The notes beneath the pieces were generated by a model. That model was not told the origin of the DNA. It made no database searches and saw only the letters and a program-made list of their open reading frames with translations. From NCBI GenBank assembly GCA_024408085.1, contig JAKSVH010000003.1:17157-81156 (forward strand): 64,000 nt of DNA. Direction: 5' to 3'. Shown one piece after another: positions 27,596 through 38,876 of this stretch; positions within the stretch are counted from its first letter, which is position 1, and every line of letters begins with the position of its first letter. Made by a program: the position numbers and the translations under genes. Source of the stretch: Bacilli bacterium (GTDB taxonomy: Bacteria > Bacillota_I > Bacilli_A > RFN20 > CAG-826).

Positions 27596-29239
27596 TTAGC
27601 AATCAGCGTAGCAAGAACCACCAATGAATTCTCTCATGAGTGAGTTACATGGAACCCATTCATCTGGCATATCATCGAAGTACTTAAGCATACGGAGTAA
27701 TCTTTCTGCTGTTGGGAAGAAGACTGATTCTTGTTGTACAGCTTCAAGAAGTGGTTGTGCATATTTCTTCATAACACAAAGTTCATATTGAAGCATTGAG
27801 TTATAGACGTAGTCAGCGCCTTCTTGAGTTTCATAAATCCATCTGAATTCTCCACGACGGACACTTGGCCACATTCCGATTGTTTCTTCTGCTGAAGCGC
27901 CACGGAACTTGTAGTCACGAACCAATCTACGAAGTAAACGTAAGTCAACTGTTGAGATTGGGTAGTGGTTGTCTAAGTTAATTTGAGCTTGTGGAGCAAT
28001 AAAGATTTTGAATTTTTGATGTCTTGGAATGAGTGTTGTCATTCTGTCATTAAGAGCATGGATACCTTCGATAATAATTGGTTCATCTGGTCCAACTCTT
28101 AATTTTCTACCTTCAACACGGTGTCCGACTTTAAAGTCGAATTTTGGAAGTGTAACTTCTTCGCCGTTGATGAGGTCAAGCATGTTTTGGTTGAAGAGAT
28201 CAATATCAAGAGCTTCGATTGATTCGAGGTCTGGTTTGCCATCTTCGTCTTTTGGTGCTTTGTCTTTTGTGAGGTAGTAGTCATCAAGTGAGATTCTGAT
28301 TGGACGAAGTCCACGAGACATAAGTTCAATTCTTAATCTGTTAGCAAATGTTGTTTTGCCTGAGCTTGATGGACCTGCAACACAGATAATACGAATGTTA
28401 TCGATATCTTGAACAATTTTTTCTCCAAGTTCTGCGAGCATTCTGTTATGTCTTGCTTCGCAAAGTTGAATGAAGTCAATAACACCATCTTTATGGATGT
28501 GTTCGTTGATTTTTGCAACTGTTTCAGCATTGACTTTCTTAGCCCAAACGTGAGCCTCTTTTAATGTTCTACCATAGGTAGGAGCGTCAACGAATGGTGG
28601 AATTTCACCTTTTGCTTCTGATCTTGGTGATTGAAGAATCATACCAGGAACATAGAGGTGTAATTTGTAGTTCTTTAAGTAACCAGTTGATGGAACCATT
28701 CTGGATGCGAGATAGTTGAAGTAACCATCACATTCATATAAATGGACGCTCTTTTCTGGGCGGTATGGAAGAGCTTCAAGTTTGTCTTCCAAACCGAATT
28801 TTTCATAATAAACTTTGGCTTCTTCTTTTGTGAATGAGTGACGAATTAATGGGAAATCTGCAGCGATAATCTTGTTCATTTCCTCTTCGATTGCATTTCT
28901 CATCTTTTGGTTGGAAGATTTTCCTGGGTTTAAGATTTGAATAAAAGTAGAACGCGATACATTACGTGTGATTCTAACTTTTAATTCTGGATAAAGTCTT
29001 GCAAAAGCCATGATTGCAACATATCTAAGTGAAGCTTCGTAAATTTTTGCTGCATCTTCATCTTTAATTGTTAATAATTCAACTTTTGCATCTTCATCAA
29101 CGTAATAGGTAAGTTCTCTTAATCTGTTGTTGACTCTAGCGCAGATAATTTCTTTGTCGCCATTTTCAACAAGTTCAGATAACTGAACTTTGCTATTGAA
29201 TTTCTTTTCTTGGTCATTGATTTTAATAGTAAATGACAT
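27596..29239 (-). CDS. Uridine-kinase/phosphoribulokinase-family nucleoside kinase fused to a ThrRS-like TGS N-terminal region
   Basis: Walker A GPSSSGKTTFANRL in the C-terminal half and a TGS-like N-terminus. Start set at ATG 29239, after AGGAGA. Confidence 0.7.
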   Translation of the reverse strand: MSFTIKINDQEKKFNSKVQLSELVENGDKEIICARVNNRLRELTYYVDEDAKVELLTIKDEDAAKIYEASLRYVAIMAFARLYPELKVRITRNVSRSTFIQILNPGKSSNQKMRNAIEEEMNKIIAADFPLIRHSFTKEEAKVYYEKFGLEDKLEALPYRPEKSVHLYECDGYFNYLASRMVPSTGYLKNYKLHLYVPGMILQSPRSEAKGEIPPFVDAPTYGRTLKEAHVWAKKVNAETVAKINEHIHKDGVIDFIQLCEARHNRMLAELGEKIVQDIDNIRIICVAGPSSSGKTTFANRLRIELMSRGLRPIRISLDDYYLTKDKAPKDEDGKPDLESIEALDIDLFNQNMLDLINGEEVTLPKFDFKVGHRVEGRKLRVGPDEPIIIEGIHALNDRMTTLIPRHQKFKIFIAPQAQINLDNHYPISTVDLRLLRRLVRDYKFRGASAEETIGMWPSVRRGEFRWIYETQEGADYVYNSMLQYELCVMKKYAQPLLEAVQQESVFFPTAERLLRMLKYFDDMPDEWVPCNSLMREFIGGSCYADC

Positions 29240-29428
29240 AAGTGTTTCTCCTTTTTGCGGCGTTATAATCATAAAGCAAGTTTGCTTTCTTTTCAATAAA
29301 AATATTATAAGCGCTTACATTAAATTCTTTCTATTTTTCTTTACTTAAAAAATATTTTTAGTAAAATATTACCTGCTGTTATTGTGTTAGGTTATTTAAT
29401 AAATAACAAACACTAAAAGGAGATTATT

Positions 29429-30631
29429 ATGGCAAAAGCAATGGTTTACATTCAATCAGGCGGTCCAACATCAGTCATTAATACCAGCCTTTATGGCGCA
29501 ATTATGGAAGCCAAAAAGCATCCAGAAATTAACGCTATTTATGGTTCACTCAATGGAATTGAAGGACTTCTCACTGATAACATTATTGATTTAGGAAAAG
29601 AAGACCCAGAACAAATCGAGTTACTCAAACAAACTCCAGGTTCGATTCTTGGCACTTCACGTCACAAACTTCCAAAGGATTTACACGATCCAGAATACGC
29701 AACAATTTTAGAGACTTGCAAGAAGCACAATATTGGTTACGTTTTCGTTAATGGTGGAAACGACTCAATGGATACTTGTATGAAACTCTCCTTACTTTGT
29801 AAGGAAAAAGGCCTTGATATCAAGGTTATGGGTGTTCCAAAAACAGTCGATAACGACCTCGCAGAAACAGACCACTCATTAGGTTTCCCAAGTGCTGCAA
29901 AATACGTCATCAACACTGTCAAAGAAATCATCATTGATGCAGTCTGCTACAAAAAGGGCAAAGTTTACATCATTGAAGTTATGGGTAGAAACGCTGGTTG
30001 GTTAACAGCAGCAGTCGATATGCTTCCTGAAGGAATTAGACCAGATTTGATCTACTTACCAGAACAAAAATTTGACATGGAAGACTTCCTCAAGAGAGTC
30101 CATGATTTATATGAAGAAAAAGGCAATGCAATCGTTGCAGTTTCCGAAGGAATCGAATTCGAAAGAGATATGTCCAAAGTCAAATATGACTCATTCGGCC
30201 ACGCACAACTCGGTGGTGCTGGTGCAGACCTTGCAAATATTGTCGAAGAAAAATTCGGATACAAGATTCGTGCAATAGAGCTCTCACTCCCTCAAAGAGC
30301 ATTCTCATTCTTAACTTCAAAAGTTGACTCAAAAGAAGCTCAAAAATGTGGTGAATTAGCAGTCAAGAAAGCAGTCAAAGGAATGACTGGTAAGATGATT
30401 GCAATCAAACGTGTTTCTACTGCTCCTTACAAAGTAAGCTACAAAGCAGTTAACATCAAAAAGATTGCTAACGTTGAACAAAAAGTTCCAGCTGCATGGG
30501 TTAAAGATCAAGGCCACATGACACAAGAATTCAGAGACTACATTTATCCACTCATCCAAGGCGAACTCAAGGTTCAAATGGAAGACGGAATTATCAAATC
30601 AACAGTCCTCAAAAGAGTTCTTGTAAAATAA
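29429..30631 (+). CDS. 6-phosphofructokinase-family enzyme (PfkA family, about 400-aa short type with PPi-type specificity residues)
   Basis: SGGPTSVIN, NGGNDS, PKTVDNDL and MGR motifs. AAGGAG Shine-Dalgarno. Confidence 0.85.
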   Translation: MAKAMVYIQSGGPTSVINTSLYGAIMEAKKHPEINAIYGSLNGIEGLLTDNIIDLGKEDPEQIELLKQTPGSILGTSRHKLPKDLHDPEYATILETCKKHNIGYVFVNGGNDSMDTCMKLSLLCKEKGLDIKVMGVPKTVDNDLAETDHSLGFPSAAKYVINTVKEIIIDAVCYKKGKVYIIEVMGRNAGWLTAAVDMLPEGIRPDLIYLPEQKFDMEDFLKRVHDLYEEKGNAIVAVSEGIEFERDMSKVKYDSFGHAQLGGAGADLANIVEEKFGYKIRAIELSLPQRAFSFLTSKVDSKEAQKCGELAVKKAVKGMTGKMIAIKRVSTAPYKVSYKAVNIKKIANVEQKVPAAWVKDQGHMTQEFRDYIYPLIQGELKVQMEDGIIKSTVLKRVLVK

Positions 30632-30667
30632 GCCAATAAACATAAACTAAAAGTCGACCAAATTTGG

Positions 30668-30697
30668 TTGACTTTTTTATTTGTTTTACCGCATAAT
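30668..30697 (+). promoter_or_regulatory. atp operon promoter (TTGACT-18 nt-CATAAT)
   Basis: TTGACT at 30668-30673 and CATAAT at 30692-30697. ATG 30704 lies 6 nt downstream with no Shine-Dalgarno. Confidence 0.55.
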
Positions 30698-30703
30698 ATA
30701 CGC

Positions 30704-31138
30704 ATGAAGAAATTTTTATCAAAATTTAGCGACTTTACACTCACAATTATTCTCGAGGGAATTATAGGAGTTGTTGCAGTCGCTCTTTCATTTATTGGCT
30801 TTATGTTCGGCCAATACGGATGGACAATCGGTATTGCTACCGGAACTGTACTAGCTATGCTTTCTACAGTCATGGTTTTTAAAGGAAGTGATGCAGCAAT
30901 TAGAGAAAACAAAACTGGTCTTTATTTGCTCTTCTATTTCTTAAGAATGATTTTCTTCATCGGAATCATGGTCGTGTTTGCACTTCTTCAGTATAAGATG
31001 CAAATTGAAGCATTTTACTTTTCAATCTGGGGAGCTTTGATTGGCTACACTCCAATGTTTATTTTACTCATTGTAGGTCAAATCAAAGGAACTCATGATT
31101 TGGACAAAAAGATTCAGGAGAAAAATAAGGAGGAATAA
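30704..31138 (+). CDS. AtpI-like small membrane protein (first gene of the atp operon)
   Basis: Four TM helices; position directly upstream of atpB with a TAATG overlap. The track start 30668 was rejected because it coincides with the -35. Confidence 0.5.
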   Translation: MKKFLSKFSDFTLTIILEGIIGVVAVALSFIGFMFGQYGWTIGIATGTVLAMLSTVMVFKGSDAAIRENKTGLYLLFYFLRMIFFIGIMVVFALLQYKMQIEAFYFSIWGALIGYTPMFILLIVGQIKGTHDLDKKIQEKNKEE

Positions 31139-31908
31139 TGGACAAGTATTCAGATCCAAATATCTGGAAAACATTTAATCCAAGTGGTGAAATAATCGTT
31201 GCATTAATCATCATTGGAATTTTAATCGTACTTGCTATTATTGTCGGCATTTTAGCTAAATGTGCCGATCCTCTAAAACGTCCTAAAGGACTTCTTAAAG
31301 TTGTTGAGTGGTGTGTTGAAAAACTTGATGCATTTACACAAGACATTATGGGTCCAGGATTTGAGAACTTTGGTGGTTTACTTTTAGGCATTATTCCATT
31401 CTTATTCTTGTCATTCACAATTGGTATTGTTGGTTTACCAACACCAATGAATAATTTAGCTGTACCACTTTCTCTTGCGTTAGTGACTTTCTGTTTAATT
31501 CACTACACATCAATGAGATACACAAAGTGGAGATATTTCAAACGTTATGTTGATCCGTTCCCATTCTTTTTGCCAATCAACTTACTTTCAATGTGGGCTC
31601 CATTATTATCAATGACTCTTCGTATGTTTGGTAATGGCATTGTTGGATGGGTTTTAATGAGTTTAGTTAATTCAGTCTTAGAAGGTTTATCAACCTCAAT
31701 CTTTGGCGGAATTATTGCAGGTGGTGCATCTGGAGTATTTTTAGTTCCAATTATTACACCAGTCTTGCATGCATATTTTGATTTATTCTCTGGGTTTGTC
31801 CAGACAATGGTATTTGTTTTCTTAACAGTACTCTTCATTGCTCAAGAAAGACCAGAAGAAATAGAAATGGAAGCAAATATGGCTTCTAGAAAGGAGGCAG
31901 TGAAATGA
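31138..31908 (+). CDS. atpB: F0F1 ATP synthase subunit a
   Basis: Polytopic protein with the conserved LSMTLRMFGNG stator arginine region; operon position. Confidence 0.9.
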   Translation: MDKYSDPNIWKTFNPSGEIIVALIIIGILIVLAIIVGILAKCADPLKRPKGLLKVVEWCVEKLDAFTQDIMGPGFENFGGLLLGIIPFLFLSFTIGIVGLPTPMNNLAVPLSLALVTFCLIHYTSMRYTKWRYFKRYVDPFPFFLPINLLSMWAPLLSMTLRMFGNGIVGWVLMSLVNSVLEGLSTSIFGGIIAGGASGVFLVPIITPVLHAYFDLFSGFVQTMVFVFLTVLFIAQERPEEIEMEANMASRKEAVK

Positions 31909-32132
31909 CAGATTTAGGTATGAGAGCTATTGCTGCTGCAATCGCCATCTTTGGTGCTGGTGCATCATCCATTGGTGAAGGTTTACTTGTCACAAAAGCT
32001 ATTGATGGAATGGCAAGAAATCCAGAAATGTACAGTAAGTTACGTTCATCCATGATTATTGGTGCAGCCCTTGTCGAAACATGTGGTATTTACGCACTTT
32101 TAGTCGCAATTTTAATTATTTTTGCTTTGTAA
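31905..32132 (+). CDS. atpE: F0F1 ATP synthase subunit c
   Basis: 75-aa helical hairpin, loop RNPE, ion-binding Glu in LVETCGIY. Confidence 0.92.
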   Translation: MTDLGMRAIAAAIAIFGAGASSIGEGLLVTKAIDGMARNPEMYSKLRSSMIIGAALVETCGIYALLVAILIIFAL

Positions 32133-32147
32133 TTAGGAGGTTAAGAA

Positions 32148-32693
32148 ATGCCAGTAGTAACACTAGGAATGGACATTGGTGTAGACAAAGAATCATTCTT
32201 AGACAAATTATTTCCTAATCCGTGGGATGCTCTCGCAGTATTCCTTGCTTTTATCATTCTTCTTATCGCAGTATTTTTCTTCGCTTATAAACCTGTTAAG
32301 AAGTTGTTAAAGCAACGTGGGGATTATGTTGAAGGAAAGATTAAGTCTGCAGAAGACAAGGAGCGTGAAGCTACTCGTCTTTTAGACGATGCCAATGAAC
32401 AAATTAAAGAAAAGAAGATAGAAGCAATGGGAATTGTCGAAAAAGCAAAAGAAGAAGCGAACTTGGAAAGACAGGCAATTCTTGAAAAAGCAAAAAAAGA
32501 AAAAGAGGCCGAAGTTAAAAAGGCCAAAGAAGAAATTGCTCAAGAAATTGAAGCAAGCAAAGATGAGATCCATCGCGAAATTGTTTCAGTCGCGATTGAT
32601 GCCTCAAGTAAAGTTCTCGAAAGAGAAGTTACTAAAAAAGACAACGAAAAACTTATTGATAGTTTCATCGACGATTTAAAGGAAGGTAAGTAA
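32148..32693 (+). CDS. atpF: F0F1 ATP synthase subunit b
   Basis: N-terminal TM helix plus a long K/E-rich coiled coil; operon position. Confidence 0.88.
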   Translation: MPVVTLGMDIGVDKESFLDKLFPNPWDALAVFLAFIILLIAVFFFAYKPVKKLLKQRGDYVEGKIKSAEDKEREATRLLDDANEQIKEKKIEAMGIVEKAKEEANLERQAILEKAKKEKEAEVKKAKEEIAQEIEASKDEIHREIVSVAIDASSKVLEREVTKKDNEKLIDSFIDDLKEGK

Positions 32694-33235
32694 TGGAAGA
32701 AGTTGCTAGTAGATATGCTGCAGCGATTGTAAGCATTGCAAAAGATGAAAATAAACTCGAGCAATATAAGCTTGCAATTTTAGACGTGGAAGCATTATTC
32801 GAAAGCAATCCTGAATTACTTAAATTCTTAAAATCATATTTTGTAAAGACAAGTGAAAAATATTCTGTAATTGAAGGGATTTTGAGCAAATATCGCCTGG
32901 AAAACCTCAATAACTTTATAAAATTACTTGTAGAGAAACATCAAATTCATAACTACAAAAACATCGTAAAAGAAGCAGCAAAAGGTATTAACTTTGAACT
33001 CGATATTTACGAAGGATTTGTTTATTCAACTGAACCTCTAACTGATGATAAAGTAAAAGAAATTGCAGACGCTATTTCAAAAAAACTTAATCGTAAAGTT
33101 GAACTTAAAAACAAAATCGATCCTAGACTAATCGGTGGCGTTAAAGTGGTGGTTCATGATCACGTTTTTGATGGTTCATTAAAACACAAACTTGAAACAA
33201 TGAAAGAAAATTTGAAAGAAAGGAGAAACGGCTAA
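32693..33235 (+). CDS. atpH: F0F1 ATP synthase subunit delta
   Basis: OSCP-like 180-aa protein with C-terminal IGGVKVVV...DGSL; operon position. Confidence 0.88.
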   Translation: MEEVASRYAAAIVSIAKDENKLEQYKLAILDVEALFESNPELLKFLKSYFVKTSEKYSVIEGILSKYRLENLNNFIKLLVEKHQIHNYKNIVKEAAKGINFELDIYEGFVYSTEPLTDDKVKEIADAISKKLNRKVELKNKIDPRLIGGVKVVVHDHVFDGSLKHKLETMKENLKERRNG

Positions 33236-34740
33236 TGAATATTAAAACTTCAGAAATTTCTGCTTTAATTAAAAAGCAAATTACAGATTTTTCTAGCAAG
33301 GTTGATTCTAACGATGTTGGCACTGTTATTACCGTCGGTGATGGTGTTGCTTTGGTTTATGGTCTTGATAAAGCAATGCTAGGTGAACTAGTAGAATTCC
33401 CAAATTCCATTTATGGAATGGTTATGAACCTTGAAGAAGAAAATGTTGGCTGCGTCTTACTTGGAAACGACACCGAAATTAAAGAAGGTGACGTTGTTAG
33501 ACGTACCAAAAAAGTTGTAGAAGTTCCTGTTGGCGATGCTCTTCTTGGAAGAGTAGTCAATGCTTTAGGTCAGCCACTTGATGGTCTTGGCGAAGTTAAA
33601 ACCAAAGGTCATCGACCAGTTGAACGTATTGCACCGGGCGTTATTTATAGAAAATCGGTCGATACGCCTCTTCAAACTGGAATTAAGGCTATCGACGCAA
33701 TGATACCTATTGGTAGAGGCCAAAGAGAACTTATCATTGGTGATAGACAAACAGGTAAAACTGCTATCGCTATTGATACAATCATTAACCAAAAGGATCA
33801 GAACGTAAATTGTATCTATGTTGCAATTGGTCAAAAAAATTCAACAGTTGCTTCTATCGTAGATAAATTACGTAAAGCTGATGCAATGAAATACACAACT
33901 GTCGTATCTGCGACAGCAAGTGAACTTGCTCCGCTTCTTTACCTTGCACCTTATTCAGGTATGGCAATGGCAGAAGAATGGTTAGAGCAAGGTAAAGATA
34001 CTTTAATCATCTTTGATGATTTAAGTAAACATGCAGTTGCTTACCGTACACTTTCACTCTTACTTAAGAGACCAAGTGGACGTGAAGCTTACCCAGGAGA
34101 TGTCTTTTATTTACATTCAAGACTTCTCGAGCGCGCATGTAAATTAAATGAAGCAAATGGTGGTGGAAGCATTACTGCTTTACCAATCATTGAAACACAA
34201 GCTGGTGATATTTCAGCTTATATTCCAACAAATGTCATTTCTATTACAGATGGACAAATCTTCCTTATGACTGACTTATTTAATGCTGGCCAAAGACCTG
34301 CTATTGATTCAGGTTTATCAGTCAGCCGTGTTGGAAGTGCTGCTCAACTTAAAGCAATGAAACAAGTTGCAGGTAGTTTAAAGATTGAACTTGCAAACTA
34401 CCGTGAACTTCAAGCATTTGCTCAATTTGGAAGTGACCTTGACGCTGATACAAAGAAGGTACTTACTCATGGTGCTGTTTTGATGGAAATCTTAAAACAA
34501 GCACAATACGATACCTACCCAGTTGATCGTCAAATTATTGAATTATTCGCTGCAAAACACAGATATCTTGAAGAATTAAAGACATCTGAAATTAAGCCAG
34601 CACTCGATAAACTTTACTCTCATATTTCCTCATCTCATAAAGACATTATTAAAGAAATTTTGAGCAAGAAAGTTATCTCAGAAACTCTTGAAGCAAAACT
34701 TCATGAAGTATTAAAAGGATTCTTTGAAACACTAAAGTAA
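33235..34740 (+). CDS. atpA: F0F1 ATP synthase subunit alpha
   Basis: Walker A GDRQTGKT; 501 aa. Confidence 0.96.
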   Translation: MNIKTSEISALIKKQITDFSSKVDSNDVGTVITVGDGVALVYGLDKAMLGELVEFPNSIYGMVMNLEEENVGCVLLGNDTEIKEGDVVRRTKKVVEVPVGDALLGRVVNALGQPLDGLGEVKTKGHRPVERIAPGVIYRKSVDTPLQTGIKAIDAMIPIGRGQRELIIGDRQTGKTAIAIDTIINQKDQNVNCIYVAIGQKNSTVASIVDKLRKADAMKYTTVVSATASELAPLLYLAPYSGMAMAEEWLEQGKDTLIIFDDLSKHAVAYRTLSLLLKRPSGREAYPGDVFYLHSRLLERACKLNEANGGGSITALPIIETQAGDISAYIPTNVISITDGQIFLMTDLFNAGQRPAIDSGLSVSRVGSAAQLKAMKQVAGSLKIELANYRELQAFAQFGSDLDADTKKVLTHGAVLMEILKQAQYDTYPVDRQIIELFAAKHRYLEELKTSEIKPALDKLYSHISSSHKDIIKEILSKKVISETLEAKLHEVLKGFFETLK

Positions 34741-34741
34741 T

Positions 34742-35587
34742 ATGGCACAAGCATTAAACAAAACCAAAAGAAGAATTGCCTCAGTAAGTAATACCAAGAA
34801 AATTACTGAAGCCATGGAACTTGTTGCAACCGTTAAACTTAAAAAGTTTAGAAATGTCATGGAACGCAATCAGTTCTATGTGAAAGAAATGGAAAATGTT
34901 ATCTTCCATCTTTTTGGTGCACTTAATGCTAGTGAAGAAATTCCTTACCTCCACGAAGGCAAAGGAGACAAAGATTTAGTGGTTGTCATTAATTCCAATT
35001 TAGGTTTATGTGCATCATACAATTCAAATGTATTTAACTTTGTTAATGCTAATATTTCAAAAGAAAGTTCAATCATTTTACCAATTGGTTTAAAGGGTGA
35101 ACTTAATTATAACAAAGAAGGATTTGAAGTTATTTCTGACTATGTCAGAATGAACGAAAAACTTGATTATGATGCAACCGCAAAACTTGGAAGACATTTA
35201 CACTCAGAATTCTTAAAAGGAAAATATCGTTCAATTAAAGTTGTTTACACAAAGTATGTTAATTCCCTTCGCTTTGAACCAACTTTAATCACTTTATTCC
35301 CAATCGTAAATAAAGAGGAAAAACAAGATATTGGATACGCGCCAATCTACGATCCGAATGTTAAGACCTTGATCGAAGAACTCGTTCCAATTTATCTAGT
35401 TTCATCTTTATATCAAAAACTTATTGAATCTCAAGTTAGTGAGCAAGCAAGTAGACGTACCGCAATGGAAAACGCTAACGATAATGCTGATGAACTTATT
35501 GATAAGTTAACAATCGAATATAACAAAGCAAGACAAGCTGCAATTACTCAAGAAATTCTTGAGGTTGTTGCTGGTCAGCAAAAATAA
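34742..35587 (+). CDS. atpG: F0F1 ATP synthase subunit gamma
   Basis: N-terminal KTKRRIASVSNTKKITEAMELVA and C-terminal ITQEILEVVAG. Confidence 0.93.
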   Translation: MAQALNKTKRRIASVSNTKKITEAMELVATVKLKKFRNVMERNQFYVKEMENVIFHLFGALNASEEIPYLHEGKGDKDLVVVINSNLGLCASYNSNVFNFVNANISKESSIILPIGLKGELNYNKEGFEVISDYVRMNEKLDYDATAKLGRHLHSEFLKGKYRSIKVVYTKYVNSLRFEPTLITLFPIVNKEEKQDIGYAPIYDPNVKTLIEELVPIYLVSSLYQKLIESQVSEQASRRTAMENANDNADELIDKLTIEYNKARQAAITQEILEVVAGQQK

Positions 35588-36996
<1,409 letters not shown>

Positions 36997-36997
<1 letters not shown>

Positions 36998-37395
36998 TGG
37001 AGTTTTCATTAGAAATCATAACTCCTAGAGGAATCTACCTTGAGGAAAAGGTTACGTCTTTAACTATTAAACTTACTAGTGGTTACAGAACTTTTCTTGC
37101 TGGTCACACTCCATTAATTGGTTCTCTTGATTACGCTCCAGCTCATATCATAAAAAATGGCAAGACAGATTTCTACGCTGTTCATGGTGGTGCAATTAAC
37201 GTAACAAAAGAAAAAGTTATTGTTATTTGTAATGCTATTGAACATGCAAAAGATATCGATGTTGCTAGAGCAAAGGCTTCTGAAGAAAGAGCTGAAGAAA
37301 GAATTAAGTCGAAAGATCCAAACATCGATATAAAAAGAGCAAGGTTGGCATTAGCCAGAGCGCTTGCTCGATTGAAAGCTGCTGAATCAAAATAG
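36997..37395 (+). CDS. atpC: F0F1 ATP synthase subunit epsilon
   Basis: 132 aa, beta-sandwich plus helical hairpin; last gene of the operon. Confidence 0.9.
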
Positions 37396-37419
37396 TTGCC
37401 GCGTTGGCAACTATTTTTT
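37389..37419. terminator. Bidirectional terminator at the end of the atp operon
   Basis: 11-bp stem AAATAGTTGCC / GGCAACTATTT followed by TTTT. It overlaps both convergent stop codons. Confidence 0.75.
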
Positions 37420-38161
37420 ATAAATATTTTTCTATTGTTTCATCATCTAGTTCATCATTAATTGGGGTTGTTCTGACCACATCAAAATCACCATTTAAAT
37501 TCTTCTCATAAACCGTCATAAAATTGTTGGTAAAATCAGGTGAAATTAAGACATTCTTTTCGGTGTTCATTAGCTTGTCAGAAAGCTTATTTTTGAATGT
37601 CTCATTTGATTGAAATGAAACATAGGTGTAATTCGAAATTATGCGCGATTTTCCAGGGATTTCTGCGGTAAAATAGGCACATTTTGATGTTTTGAACTTT
37701 GAATTCATGTGCCTTTTGAACACACCATAAGTGCCCATATATTGATCGTAATCAACCTTATAAATATTGTCACCATTTTCTTTAACAAAAAGTGCAGGTG
37801 TTAAGACTCCAGAATTTGGAAAAAATCTATCTTTATATTCTTGTTCAATTTTATATCTATTTTCGCCACCAACTTTAATGACTAGTTGATGCGTTTCTTC
37901 AACGTATTTTTTGATGATCGGATTGAAATATTTGCATGCTGAACAATCATCTTCAGAGAAAAGAATAATGTAGTTAAGGTTCGAATTATAAAGATTCGTA
38001 AATTCTTCTAAAGAAGGCGCGTGAAAAAGGAGCGCTTCATCACATGAGTTGTAAAGCACAAATTGTGCATTGCTTAAAAGTGCAGTTTTAGGTTCATTAT
38101 TGCAACCCGCAAGTAGTGAACAACTGACTAGAAATAGAGCGTTTGCTTTTTTAAATTTCAT
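37418..38161 (-). CDS. Lipoprotein with a thioredoxin-fold-like CxxC domain
   Basis: Signal peptide plus lipobox LLAGC; CSAC motif in ILFSEDDCSACKYF; cis-Pro-like LTPALFV. Start set at ATG 38161. Confidence 0.55.
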   Translation of the reverse strand: MKFKKANALFLVSCSLLAGCNNEPKTALLSNAQFVLYNSCDEALLFHAPSLEEFTNLYNSNLNYIILFSEDDCSACKYFNPIIKKYVEETHQLVIKVGGENRYKIEQEYKDRFFPNSGVLTPALFVKENGDNIYKVDYDQYMGTYGVFKRHMNSKFKTSKCAYFTAEIPGKSRIISNYTYVSFQSNETFKNKLSDKLMNTEKNVLISPDFTNNFMTVYEKNLNGDFDVVRTTPINDELDDETIEKYL

Positions 38162-38256
38162 ATTTTTGATTATAACACAAAACAATAATTTTAATTATTT
38201 TGTTGTAAAAAGCGCTTTCATTTTGTATAATCTTTCAGCGTTGGGAGGTAAATATT

Positions 38257-38817
38257 ATGAATTTATGGCACCGTGTTAATCCAGCAGATATTACACCAGA
38301 TCATTTCTTAGCTTGTATTGAAATTCCGCAAGGCTCTAAGAATAAATATGAATTAGATAAATATTCTGGTGCATTAAAACTAGATCGTATTCTTTATACA
38401 TCAACTCACTATCCACACAACTATGGTTTTATTCCAAAAACATTAGCAGACGATGGTGACGCACTTGATGTACTCATTATTTCTTCAGAACCAATTGTCC
38501 CACTCGCTTTAGTCGAATGTCGTCCAATTGGAATGCTTGAAATGATTGATGGTGGTCAAAGAGACGCTAAGATTCTTGCAGTCGCAGTCAACGATCCAAC
38601 ATATCAAAATATTACAGATGTTGGTGAAATTCCAGACCACTCACTACGTGAAATCAAACACTTCTTCACAGTTTATAAACAACTCGAAGGAAAGAACACA
38701 ATCGTTGATAACGTTAGAAGTCCAGAAAAGGCAAAACAAGTTATCAAATCTTGTATTGAAGCTTATCTCGAAAAATTTGGTGAAGATCCAGTTCTAGAAT
38801 ACAGAAAAGCTGAATAA
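38257..38817 (+). CDS. ppa: Inorganic pyrophosphatase (family I)
   Basis: IEIPQGSKNKYELD and DGDALDVL motifs. GGGAGG Shine-Dalgarno. Confidence 0.92.
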   Translation: MNLWHRVNPADITPDHFLACIEIPQGSKNKYELDKYSGALKLDRILYTSTHYPHNYGFIPKTLADDGDALDVLIISSEPIVPLALVECRPIGMLEMIDGGQRDAKILAVAVNDPTYQNITDVGEIPDHSLREIKHFFTVYKQLEGKNTIVDNVRSPEKAKQVIKSCIEAYLEKFGEDPVLEYRKAE

Positions 38818-38822
38818 CAAAT

Positions 38823-38852
38823 AAGGGAAGTTATATCTTCCCTTTTATTTTT
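38823..38852 (+). terminator. Terminator after ppa
   Basis: Stem AAGGGAAG / CTTCCCTT followed by TTATTTTT. Confidence 0.7.
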
Positions 38853-38876
38853 CTTTGTTGTAGAATTTTACTCGTT

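Noticed and set aside
32324-32910. Cluster of overlapping ORFs on both strands within atpF/atpH
   Set aside because: They are artefacts of the K/E-rich, purine-rich coiled-coil coding sequence of subunit b. The atpF and atpH frames are supported by operon order and conserved termini.
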